From Lophium mytilinum (Eukaryota): DNA of 64,000 nt. Under the pieces are notes generated by a model. That model worked only from the letters and a program-made list of their open reading frames with translations, had not been told where the DNA came from and did not search any database. Shown piece after piece: positions 50,891-61,736 of the stretch. Both the position numbers and the translations under genes were made by a program. The DNA lies in the NCBI GenBank assembly GCA_010093605.1, contig MU004186.1:1530616-1594615 (forward strand). Reading direction: 5' to 3'. The number at the start of each line of letters is the position of its first letter. The first letter of the stretch is position 1.

Positions 50891-52375
50891 CTAGAAGATC
50901 TTCGATAAAAGAACAGATCCAATCTTGAAGGACACGTATGTCCCCACTCCACAAAAGCCAGCGAAGATAAGAAGAGCCCTCAGATTTCTAGCCTCAGCAC
51001 CAACGTGTCGGCCATTTGCTCCGAAGTCCCCCATTTCCGTAATCGTTGTGAACTGTGGGATGTACTTGAAATCGAACACAGTTTCGATACCGGCAAGACC
51101 ATACTTGCTCTCCACAATGATCGCGTAGAAGAGCTTCTTGAGCCTCTTAACGTTCTTCCGATCGAGATACGGAGTTGATCTGTAGATATTGCACATGAAA
51201 ATGAAAAATATGCACTGGCCAGCCATCAGACCCCAGTAGTATATTGAGACTCGCGGTAGCCCCAGTCGGTCGGCTAGGGCATTGCCGTTGAGCCAGCGAG
51301 CGCTTGCGATCAGCATTTCTGCCGAAACATATGTGGGGGGCGAGTTCTCGAGACTTGTGATGATGTTTTGCGCTAGAATTCTGGACATATCCGATGGGTT
51401 GACTTCGTTGTATAATAGCGTCTCCATTATGGCTTTAGCCTTAGTGGGCGTCTCGAAATATTTTGTAGGACATCCGAGAATGTAGCCAATGTAACGCCAT
51501 AAAGCGATGTAGTCGACGATTTCTTGTTGCGATAGGAAGAGTCCCTGACGGGGGAAGCTCAGCCAGATCAGGGTTGCGCTGAAAGTACCGATAGTGGCCA
51601 TTTGATCAAGATCATTCACAGGAATACCCCATTCTTTGACGTTGTAGTATTCGGGTCGCTGTTCGGCAAGTTTCATAATGCGTTGCCGGACGGCACAGTG
51701 TAATAGCCTGACGCGAATAGAGGACGCCCAGCCTTCACCTCCCGGCTGCATCGACTCGAGTGACCTAGTGCACTGCAAGATATGTTGTGTCGTTTCGAAC
51801 AGTCGTCCCCGAGCCACCTTTGGTGAGAAACCACCAGTTCTGGCAAGAGTCTCTACAACTCTCGCGGCTCCCATGCCGCCAAGCAGACTCTGGTATGTAA
51901 GACCAGTGAGTGCAGGACCACCATAACGGTAGAAAACATCTTGGCCTCGTTCGATTTGAGCCCAGTCCACCCAGTCTGGGACAGTGTTCACTTCGGTCCA
52001 GAGCTGGTCTAATTTTGGGTCCTCGCCATGGTGGTCCCTCAGGAGGGCATAAAGGTCTCTACGGGGAACATCAGGCTTGTCCGACTTCTCCCCTTCCTTC
52101 TCTTTGGGCGCTTCGAGACTGTTGCTGCGTGGCAAAGCGGCGCTCTCTGGAGGGTACAGTACATTCAAGCGGTTGAGGCACTCCTCTGCCAAAACGTCGT
52201 AGGAGTGCTTGAGAGGCTCAGCCTGCTCGGACGTTAGATGATCATCTGTCCACTCGAACGTATAGCCCCAACAGCTAAGGGTGGGTTAGCTTTTGTTTGA
52301 TGCTGAATCAGATGTAGAGATAACGTACTTTCGTGTATTCTCTGTTGTGCGTCGGAATGGATTTGGAATGGCCAT
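50891..52375 (-). CDS. MpaB/Lcp-like ER-bound oxygenase (DUF2236 family) with C-terminal TM anchor
   Basis: VPDWVDWAQIERGQDVFYRY, RLFETTQH, RVRLLHCAVR, WGIPVNDLDQMAT, DYIALWRYIGYILG; intron 52328-52275. Confidence 0.9.
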
Positions 52376-52813
52376 GTTATGCTTGAGAAATGCAAGAAAA
52401 AAGAAGCGAAGAGGCGGAAAGGTCAATGCAAGAAGAAAAAATGAAAGTAGGAATGATTAGTTCATAGATAGTCGTCTATAGCGTCATGTGGTGCCGAGGG
52501 CCCTTTCGGGGACAAGTGGGAGGCCCCTGGAGATATGGCACATGCCCGGCCTGCAGGGCATGGATCGACGTGGGCCGTCGGATCCATGCTGAGGTGTTAG
52601 GTCAAGATTCATTACTGTAAAGTACAAGAGGTCAATATACTTTGGCTATGGTGGTGCGTGTTGTTGAGCTCCCATCCACGGCGGGCGGTGGCAAAACACC
52701 TCTTGGCATTGCGCTCGAGCCACTTTATCATCCGTTCATACAACTTTTTGTGAGCTTCTCCTGTAAGCTCTCTGTATTAGCCCTTCCTTACTTCACCACA
52801 TCCGCGTCCTGAT

Positions 52814-53725
52814 ATGGCGTGCTCCAACTGCTCCAAGCGGACTCTGGAGTTGTTCCTTCGGGGAGCAGCTGGCATCGACACCAGCGCAACTCTCCGTCCG
52901 TCCTTACATCGAAACTTTGCGACCGCTCGATATTTCAGCGCTGGCGCTCAATGGACCCGTCGAGACGACGCAACTCCTAATCTCTCTATACATCTTGGTC
53001 CATCGCCTTCTACTATGACGGCTCCTGCAAAACCAACAAGCACCGAATACTCGGATGCTTTTACACTTCAGAATGCTGATTCCGCCGAGCCAAACCCTTC
53101 CTTCCAAATTCCTCCTTCGGGTTTATCACGGCCCAGTAAATTCACCCCTGAACAGAAAGAGCGCAAGAGGGCCAAGGCGAGGGCAGCTAGAGAGACGTTA
53201 TCATCAGGCAGACCTGCGAAGGCGGAAGAGCCCGTAGTCAAAGAGCCGTGGATGATCAACAAGGCCGCTTTACAGAAGAAGTTTGGAGGTGAAAAGTGGA
53301 ATCCGCGCAAGAAGCTATCTCCTGACACTATGGACGGTATTCGACATCTGCACAAGCAATCCCCGGACAAGTTCACAACGCCGGTGCTGGCCGAGCATTT
53401 CAAAATCTCCCCAGAAGCTATTCGACGGATACTGAAGAGCAATTGGAAGCCTTCAGACGAGGAGTACGAAGACAGGATGCGAAGGTGGGAGAAACGCGGT
53501 GAGACCATTTGGAGCAATCTGGTGGATCTCGGAGTCAGGCCTCCGAAGAAATGGCGAGATATGGGTGTTGGCAAGGCAGAACGGGGCAATGTGCCCAAGT
53601 GGAAGACAAGATGGAGAAACCAGGTCGCTGTGAGCGACAACATAGATGATATTCCGCTAGTGGATGAGGGACCTGGTCATGCGGCGTGGGAGGAGCCGCG
53701 ACCAATTGCTGAGCGAATCATGTAG
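52814..53725 (+). CDS. RRG9: Neugrin-family mitochondrial protein (required for respiratory growth 9)
   Basis: EPWMINKAALQKKF..WNPRKKLSPDTMDGIRHLH..LAEHFKISPEAIRRILKSNWKP. Confidence 0.92.
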   Translation: MACSNCSKRTLELFLRGAAGIDTSATLRPSLHRNFATARYFSAGAQWTRRDDATPNLSIHLGPSPSTMTAPAKPTSTEYSDAFTLQNADSAEPNPSFQIPPSGLSRPSKFTPEQKERKRAKARAARETLSSGRPAKAEEPVVKEPWMINKAALQKKFGGEKWNPRKKLSPDTMDGIRHLHKQSPDKFTTPVLAEHFKISPEAIRRILKSNWKPSDEEYEDRMRRWEKRGETIWSNLVDLGVRPPKKWRDMGVGKAERGNVPKWKTRWRNQVAVSDNIDDIPLVDEGPGHAAWEEPRPIAERIM

Positions 53726-54076
53726 TAATATAGCGTCGAGGAAAAGGACGTTAGAAACTGTATAAACACCGAATGTAAAGCTTGTACCATCATTTGCAAC
53801 TAATATGCCTACATACTGCTTGTTGTAGACCTCACATGTGGACCTGAGCGGCTTTTACCGAGCCATCGCGCAAGCCCAAACCGCGAACTTCAACCTCACC
53901 TCACCTGCTCGACCTGCCCTTTGTATCCCCGTATGCGACTACCGAATCCCTACCGCCTCTGTCCCAATGAACGTTGATAGGTGCCATGTCGAACAGTAGA
54001 GCCGCGCGGACCGGGCCCCACCCATGAGTTGCCAGCTCCGCAAAGGAGTCTGGGACGTCAACCACATATCCCTACC

Positions 54077-56680
54077 ATGTCCACGAACATCCGCGTCTTC
54101 GTACAATGGAAGGAGTCCACTGTGTTTGCCGGCGAGGACATCGAATGCACCATCACTTTCAAGAACGTCGCCCTTCCGCCCGGCGGTGACAGATCCCCAG
54201 TGCGACCCTCGAAGAATGGCTTTGCATCTGGCGGAGAGCGCCAGCGCAAGGTGCTCCCGCTACCGGCTCCTACAACGAGGCCCTCTGCTTCGAGGAACTC
54301 ATCGTACAGCTCCCAGATGCCACCACCACACCTTCGAGGGCACAAACCGACCTTGTCGCTGAGCACGCCCGGCTCTTTGACCGGTCGACGATCACCTGTA
54401 CCGCTGAGCGGAGGGCGCAATGGAGGCAATTCGGCAGCACATAAACATGGAAGGTCGTTGTCGATAATGTCTATGGGAACAGATGCTGCTGCGGATGTGA
54501 ATCATGAACGAGGCGCATCTGGACCTCCTACCAGGCGACCAGGTCGTGCTCATGGGAGGTCAGCAAGCTTGCAGGTTATGCCGGGCAGTGGGAATTCTTT
54601 TTCAGGTCTGAGGCCCTCCTATACACTATCTGGAGGCTCGACATGCTTAACAAGATCACCAGGGTCACCACCGTTTCGCTCTTCCGCACAACACCATTCT
54701 CCTCTTATAGGATCGTCCACACCACCCGCAATATACGAGACTGGCAAGGAGTTTCCATTACCTGCTCGGCCGTCGGCCAGACGAAGACCTGGTATTTTTA
54801 CGGCGCCCAGCACACCCGCGCTGCCTACTACGACGCGAAAGCCTTCGGGCTCATTCTCCCAAGCCTTCAAATTCCCCCCTGCTCCCCCTCCTCAGAACAA
54901 TGTACCAGGAATATCTCCCTCAACACCTCCAGAGTCTGCTATTAGCCCTCGGGCACGAACGCCGCAGCTTCGCGGAAATTCTCCCCGGCCGCCTGAAGAG
55001 CCTCCGCCTGGAATAGAAGTATTGTCACCAATTCCGCGTATATTGTCTGGATCCAGCATAAATGGCACCCCGCGGAGTAGCGGCGAGTTCTACTCTATGA
55101 GCAATAATTCGTCGGAGACTCTGGCATCGGAATACATACCTCCGACGACCGCTAGATTACTCCCGAAACCGATACATAATAGACAAGGATCACGCTATAA
55201 CGGCCAAATCCAGATGAAAGCTCCAGAAACTCTGATGATGGGATATGCACAGATCATGGGTTCTTTCACTTTGGACGGTTCTCTGATAAATCAAGCGCCA
55301 TTTGAGGAAGTCAAGAGAAAGGGTGTTGTCGGCGGCCAGGGCGGCGGTGGCGTGGTCGGGGTAGAACGAACCAAGAGAGACAGCGGACTGTTTGGTGCTC
55401 TGGGCTGGGGAAATATTGGGGAGTCTCTAGGCGGTCTTATTGGAAACTCTGAGCCTTCCAGCATCAGAGAGATGAGGGGTATCGCCAGTTTGAAGACCGT
55501 CCCGTTGATCACGACGCCTCAGTCAATCCTTTTCGTGGATCTTCGACTTGCTCCAGGAGAAAGTAAAAGCTACCAGTACACTTTCACGCTACCAAGTGGA
55601 CTACCGCCCACCCATAAGGGGAAGTCTATGAAGGTAGAATATCACATTACCATTGGAACCCAGAGACCGGGGTCTGCCAAAGATCAGCAAATAAAGCATG
55701 TGGATGTCCCTTTTCGGGTTTTCGGAAGTGTCAACAGTAAGACTCTAGTTTTCTTCACTCGCAATTGGATGTTAATCTATTTCACAGGCCGTGGTGAAAT
55801 TCTAGGACATGATCTGATGTCTCCGTATATCCTCCTGAAAGATCTCGCCAGGACATCAAACTTGGACCATAATGCGCTTGTATCGAACGGAACCTCAAAA
55901 CCGCCTGTGAAACAGGCTGAAACCGAGGACCCGCTATCTGACTTCCTGAGCTACGTAGACAACCTCTTAGAGAAACCTCGCCAAAACTCGAGCATGGGTT
56001 TGTTATCGCCCACCGAAACTATCCCCGGCAGGCTTTCGGTAGCCGAAGAGCCGCAAACGATGAAACAAGCCATCGATCTTGCCATCCTCCGCAGTAACGT
56101 CACTAGCGCATCTAATCAAAGCGCTAACAGGTTCGAAATCGCCCGCAGCGGACGCCGCGTAGCTGTCATCATGCTCGCCCGTCCAGCGTACCGACTCGGC
56201 GAGACTATCTCGGCGGTCATCGATTTCAAGAACGCCAACATCCCGTGCTACTCCGTGCACGTGTCTCTAGAGACGTCCGAGAAGGTCGACCCAGCTATCG
56301 CGCTCCGGTCGAACGCTAGCATCTATCGCGTAACGAGGAAAGTCCACGCATCATTCGCGGAAAACACGCTTTTCGCTCAGCGCTTGTCCTTTTGCCCTAC
56401 GATCCCAACGAATAGTACGCCAGAGTTCATCACCAGCGGCGTAAGTCTTGAGTGGAAGCTGCGGATCGAGTTTGTCACGCCCCGCCTGACGCACGAAGAC
56501 GGAGACGAGGCGATTTGGAATGAGCTGCTTGAGGAAATGTCAAGTGATGACCGCGGTGTCATCCTTGGAGCTGTAGAGAGGCTACCATGTGATAGCTTCG
56601 AAGTCGCTGTACCTGTGAGGGTCTATGGTGCGGTGGCTGGTCCCGGGGAGCCTGTGGACGCGGAGGGCCTTGTCGTCTAA
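54077..56680 (+). CDS. RGP1: Rgp1-domain protein (Ric1-Rgp1 GEF subunit)
   Basis: VFAGEDIECTITFKN, ETLMMGYAQIMGSF, PLITTPQSILFVDL, LPPTHKG, YRLGET, TPEFITSGVSLEWKLRIEF. ATG at 54077; probable introns 54606-54662 and 55737-55787. Confidence 0.92.
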   Translation: MSTNIRVFVQWKESTVFAGEDIECTITFKNVALPPGGDRSPVRPSKNGFASGGERQRKVLPLPAPTTRPSASRNSSYSSQMPPPHLRGHKPTLSLSTPGSLTGRRSPVPLSGGRNGGNSAAHKHGRSLSIMSMGTDAAADVNHERGASGPPTRRPGRAHGRSASLQVMPGSGNSFSGLRPSYTLSGGSTCLTRSPGSPPFRSSAQHHSPLIGSSTPPAIYETGKEFPLPARPSARRRPGIFTAPSTPALPTTTRKPSGSFSQAFKFPPAPPPQNNVPGISPSTPPESAISPRARTPQLRGNSPRPPEEPPPGIEVLSPIPRILSGSSINGTPRSSGEFYSMSNNSSETLASEYIPPTTARLLPKPIHNRQGSRYNGQIQMKAPETLMMGYAQIMGSFTLDGSLINQAPFEEVKRKGVVGGQGGGGVVGVERTKRDSGLFGALGWGNIGESLGGLIGNSEPSSIREMRGIASLKTVPLITTPQSILFVDLRLAPGESKSYQYTFTLPSGLPPTHKGKSMKVEYHITIGTQRPGSAKDQQIKHVDVPFRVFGSVNSKTLVFFTRNWMLIYFTGRGEILGHDLMSPYILLKDLARTSNLDHNALVSNGTSKPPVKQAETEDPLSDFLSYVDNLLEKPRQNSSMGLLSPTETIPGRLSVAEEPQTMKQAIDLAILRSNVTSASNQSANRFEIARSGRRVAVIMLARPAYRLGETISAVIDFKNANIPCYSVHVSLETSEKVDPAIALRSNASIYRVTRKVHASFAENTLFAQRLSFCPTIPTNSTPEFITSGVSLEWKLRIEFVTPRLTHEDGDEAIWNELLEEMSSDDRGVILGAVERLPCDSFEVAVPVRVYGAVAGPGEPVDAEGLVV

Positions 56681-56996
56681 CAACTTCGTGGGGCGTTATA
56701 AGATGACGCCGGCTTAGAAATCTCGAGAGTGAGGGCGGTGGGGGGTGTAGGTAGGGCCGCTGTTCCTCATTTGTATATTATGAGCCGCAAAAGCCAATGT
56801 AATTTTTGGCCATGCTAAAAACGAAGGAGGGCCCAGATAGGTGTTTTCAATTCGAGTATATTCTTTCTCATGGTCTTGGTAAGTTTGTCATCGTGCCATG
56901 TGTGATGAAGGTGAAGATAAACGTTGAAGCTTGTGGAATTAGGTGACCGAAACCTGGTATTACTATGCCCTTTGGCCCTTCCGCGTGTACCCTCAT

Positions 56997-57089
56997 TTAC
57001 TCCCATTACTCTCATTACTCCCATTACTCCCATTACTCCCATTACTCCTATTACTCCCATTACTCCCATTACTCCCATTACTCCCATTA
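56997..57089. repeat. 9-bp minisatellite (TTACTCCCA), ~10 copies
   Basis: Direct reading; two units carry single C>T changes. Confidence 0.97.
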
Positions 57090-58059
57090 ACGCCCTAACG
57101 CCTCCTTTCCCTAATCTAAATATACTTATTCACTCTCCTTTGAATAGCTACATCACCCACACCTCAACCTACCCCGAAGTCGGGGTTTCAACACCACCAT
57201 TCCTCGCAAACCAACAGGGTTTTGCTGGCGCAATTCGTACCCTGCGGAAAAGCTGAAGGTCGCTCGCAGACACGGGCCCTTCTATCATCAACTGGGCTAT
57301 CTATTAATGGTCCATTGAGATGACGTCTAGGGCCAAAGACGTCGTATTGAAAATGTGAAGCACGTGTACCGCGCTAGATGGAAGGTGGGTGTTACGAGGG
57401 AGATTAAAGTAGCCACCACGTCTACGGACGTTGCTTGGCTGGACGCGATGTGGCAATGGCTTTTGGTGTGAATGCAATGTTAATGATACGGGAACGGAGT
57501 GGGACGTTGTTGGAGCGGAGGTGGAGGTGGGGATGATTTGGCTAATCAGAGTGTTAGATACAAATGAGGTATATAGCGTGGAAATTGAACCATGTAGACG
57601 TAGAGGGGAATACACGTGCAGCGAGGAGGGGTGAATGCAGAGTGAATGAGCCTGTAAGTTACCAGGCCACGTAGATTCAAGCGTTTATCGCATACCCAGA
57701 TGAGCGTTCAGAATATTTCAATGTTGGATCGGAAGTCTCTGCATACCTGTATTGTCTTGCCATAGGTATCCGCACACTTTTGAACCAACATCTTTGGGGC
57801 TCCAACGTATCTACAAAACATGAAGGGAGCAGATACGCTTCCAATCTGTGTGCACCCTGCTAACGATGTCTAGGACATCCTCGCAAGTATACTAGTTTTC
57901 CTAAAAGTCAAACTCTTCTCTTATTTAGAACGCTAAAAATACTATGAATCTCCTTGCGCAGCGGTAAACGAGTGTACAGGTTTATATGAAGAGACCTGGT
58001 ATCAACGTCCGGTGCCCAAGGCTCATTATCGGTCTAAGGAAATTAATGAACAGCTCTTA

Positions 58060-58286
58060 CAGTTACAGGCCAAAAGTCTGGGCACACTACTTTGCCACTG
58101 CTTGGGGTACCCCGATAAGGTTACAAACCTCTGGCCATGAAGTTAAGTTCTGGGTAGTGCAAACCAGACTACCTCTTGACTGCCTAGCTATCGAGCAGCC
58201 AAGCTACCCCTCACAGTGGTGTCAAGTGAGCAAAGTGGAGCTGAAGGGTGTTTGTTTCGTGTGCCTAGACTTATGGCCTAGTACTG
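58060..58286 (+). mobile_element. mimp-like Tc1/mariner MITE, 227 bp, 28-bp TIRs, flanked by TA on both sides
   Basis: TA|CAGTTACAGGCCAAAAGTCTGGGCACAC ... GTGTGCCTAGACTTATGGCCTAGTACTG|TA (23/28 TIR match); homologous to 61068-61292. Confidence 0.88.
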
Positions 58287-58387
58287 TAGGCCCTCAGGGG
58301 CTCAGCTTCCCGCGCCGTGGTGGAGGAGTAGCTCTACAATCTCTTGATTTTTTTGCTTTGTTGCTAGTGATAAAGCCGTATTGCCTT

Positions 58388-61300
58388 CTAGTCCTCTGAG
58401 TTTGAGTCGACGTCGTCCCGCTCAAGCAGCAATCTCACCACTTCCGTCTGCATCCAATGTATCGCCTCCATGAGCGGTGTTTTGCCATTGAATTTCTTCA
58501 CGTCTGCCTTAATCTCATTCCGTTGAAGTAGTACGTTCGTCACTGGCGCATGTCCTTCCGTCGCTGCGTGATGTAATGCCGTGTTGCCATCTCCATCTTG
58601 CAAATTGATGTCTACGTCCTCCCGCTGTAGTAGAAGCTTTGTCACTAGCTCATATCCTCGCTTTGCTGCGTGATGTAATGCCGTGTTGCCGTCTCTATCT
58701 TGCAAGTTGATGTCTACGTCGTCCCGCTTGAGGAGCAGTCTCGCCGATAACTCATAGCCATACTTTGCTGTCCCAAGAAGTGGCGTGCCGCCCCTATTGT
58801 TACGTATATTGACTTTGGTCTCGGTCCGCTGAAGTAGCAGCTTCATCGTTGGTTCGAGTCCTCGATACGCTGCCAAATGTAATGCAGTGTCACCGCGTTG
58901 ATCTTGATGATTGATGTCTACGTCATCCCGCTCGAGAAGTAGCCTTGCTATCCCCTCATGACCATTATCGACTGCGATCGAAAGTGCTGACGGGCGCATG
59001 CCAGCTTCTACGTTAACGTCAATGTCGTCCCGCGCAAGGAGAAGCTCTAGTATTCCATCATGCCCGTTTTGTGCTGCTAAGAATAGCGGCGTGTTTGCGT
59101 TCCTATTTGGGTTATTAACTTCAATGCCACTTCTCTTGAGTAGCAGCTTCACGACTGGCTCATGCCCGTTATCTACAGCTAGACAAAGTGGAATTGCTAG
59201 ACAAAGTGGAATTCGCCATAGTGTTCCCGACCACAGCGGACCCTTATCGCCTCTGTATCCCGAGTTGAGGTCGACATCGTCTCGCTCTAGTAAGAGATTG
59301 ACTATCGCCTCATGTCCTGATTGTGCAGCTCGCGACAGTGGAGAATAGCCCCAATCGTCTCGAATATCGGCGAAGCTTTCGTCATCAGTGTCTGATATTT
59401 GCAGCAGTAGCCTTGTCAGATGAAGTAGTCCCAGCCGTGCTGTGAGATGCAGGCCAACAGACCCGGCCGGGTATTCTGGCCCCGAATCACCAATTTGGTA
59501 TTCTTCCGGATCGTGGTAAAGGACCTGAAGGAGACATGCGATCAAATTGGCGTCCCGAAGTACGGTTAACGCTAGCTCGGACACCTCTTCTTGCATTGTG
59601 GATGCGTGATTGCCCCAGTAGCGAGCAGCGTAATGAAGGAGCGGATTTATCCGAAGTCTTGTACGGAAGTCAATATACCCTGCACAATCCCCGCTCTTGA
59701 AAGTGTCGAAGCAAAGATAGGTCAGGCAGATAGAGGTGATGTCCTCTTGCGCTTTAGGAATCCAACGTTGCCGTATGCGCTCGAAGTATTCTTGCGTAGT
59801 GTAATGCACCAGGCGCACGTTATCACTGTCGTAATCGAAAGTAACGAGGCCAGCACAGACTGAGACCAGGTCTTCGATATCCGGGATGTTGTCCGGATCG
59901 AGTTCTTTATCACCTGGCTCCACCGCTAATGCATGGCATAGCTCACGCGCTGTGAGCTGTCTCTCCGCATAGATGATCCAGGAGAGTACAGCCCTTGCCG
60001 ACTCGCGATCCCCGGATTGCTGTCGTTCGATTCTGTCAATCGCTGCGTCGTACGCCTCGTTTAGTGCGGAAAATCCTTTTTGGAAGGTGTTAAGCGCAGT
60101 CTGTAATTTCTTCTTGGTGTTTTTATCCAATAGAGAGTCGAAATGGAGACGAGCGAGAAGGAACCTGGGACACTCGTAAGCTAAAGTCAAGATAACAATT
60201 CGAATACTAACATCCCATCTACAGCTTCAGCAATCTTCTCCTGCACTAATACCTGCAACCCACTGTCTCGCTGGACGTATCCGGGAAGCTCATCCATACG
60301 GCCTTTGACAAATCGCTTCACGTCTGCTGCGCTCGCTCGCACTTCCAGCGTCGGCGTCGACTCAAATTCCTTTACAATTTCTGGGATGAAGCGCGAGGTA
60401 CCCATCAGATGGAGATTTGATTTCGACTGTAAATCACGAAGCGTACTTATAAGCTTGCGTGTCGTGCCCTCTTTGTCCGAGCACTCATCAAGCGCATCAA
60501 CGACCAAGTATACTGTCGAGAAGTCATTGAGCACGATTTGCAGGGTATCAGTAATCTCATTCAACGATGGTCTAGTCTTTTCGTGGCGATGGATTTCGTA
60601 TAAACTTGCTATAGCCTGAGGCGTGGACGACTGAGCTTGACCTAGCTGCTTGAGGATGGCAGCAAGGAAGTAACTGACTGACTGTTCTGTCTGCGCCTTA
60701 TAGTTGCAAAACAGATAAGCCACAGCAACGTTTTGGGTTTGAGAAGCTCGCAAGTACTCGATTGTGATTGCGGACATCATCGTCTTTCCGGCCCCAGGTA
60801 TGCCGGGGCAGAATAGGGTTTTGTTCGAGCCGTGAACCCATTCAGAGAATTCATTCGCTGCAAGGAACCATAGACCCGTGTCCTCTTGCTTCCTAGCGAT
60901 GAAGTCGGACTGCTGCAGTGGAAAGTTGGTTGGAGATAGCCAATCCAGTATTTCGTCGTGCCGTTGACGATGCTGATCTTGCTCAAGCGCTGCCACGCCC
61001 TTGTGGGTAGCTTTCGAGAGTTCACTGTAAGCGTTAGTATGTAGACCTATGAATTCAGGCCGTCATATAGTGACAAGCCACAAGTCTGGGCACACTGGTA
61101 CGCCACTGCTTGGGGCCCCCGCATGGTTTCGAGGACTCAAGAGCGATGTCAAGCTTCAAACAGTGCAGATTAGACTGCCTCTTGACTAATTGCCTGCTCA
61201 GCAGCTAGGCTACCCCCAACAGTGGTATAGAGTGAGCAAACTGGAGATTAACTGGATTCAGTCCGTATGCCCAGACTTATGGCCTAGTACTGTATATTGA

Positions 61301-61736
61301 CGACCTGTCATCAGACAACTTACAAATGGTCCAGCTGTAGCGCATTCTGCACTAGCGTTTTCAAGCGCTCTATCCTCATCATGGTCTCTTTGACCTCTTT
61401 TTTGACAAACTTCCACTGGAGAGAGTGAAGAACGTCCTTCAAACCTTTCCCCTTCTGCACCTTGGCCTGTAAATCCTCGAGAGCGAGCTTGTACTGATCG
61501 AGCGGGCCATTGTGGACGCCAAGTTCCCGAACGGAGGCATACCAAGGCTCGTTAGAACTAGTCTCTGTACATCGATACCTTAACTGAGTGAGGAGGGAAG
61601 AAAGATTCGATGCTTCGATAGCCCATTGATCGCGGTCTTTTGGAGCGTCTTTCACGTCGTCTAGATAGCTGATCAGCTTACTAGTGAGCTGCAGCACGGC
61701 GATGATGCTGGCGGCCACACTGAGGGGATCTGCCAT
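58388..61736 (-). CDS. Fungal NLR: SesA/HeLo-like N-terminal domain + NACHT NTPase + ankyrin repeats; last repeat frameshifted (former stop at 58302)
   Basis: MADPLSVAASIIAVLQL N-terminus, Walker A GIPGAGKT, Walker B LVVDALDEC, GMFLLARLH, VRLVHYTTQEYF, roughly 9-10 ankyrin repeats. Exons 61736-61324, 61024-60212, 60164-58388. Confidence 0.93.
61068..61292 (+). mobile_element. mimp-like MITE copy, 225 bp, inside NLR intron 1
   Basis: TA|TAGTGACAAGCCACAAGTCTGGGCACAC ... GTATGCCCAGACTTATGGCCTAGTACTG|TA; internal blocks GCCACTGCTTGGGG, CCTCTTGACT, GCTACCCC, AGTGAGCAAA shared with the 58060 copy. Confidence 0.88.

Noticed and set aside
52559..52588. Hairpin CATGGATC-GACG..CGTC-G-GATCCATG in the divergent promoter of the oxygenase and RRG9
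   Set aside because: Single short imperfect palindrome with no supporting context.
31632..57089. Tandem repeats considered as CRISPR-like or telomeric arrays
   Set aside because: Eukaryotic DNA, no unique spacers, no TTAGGG arrays.
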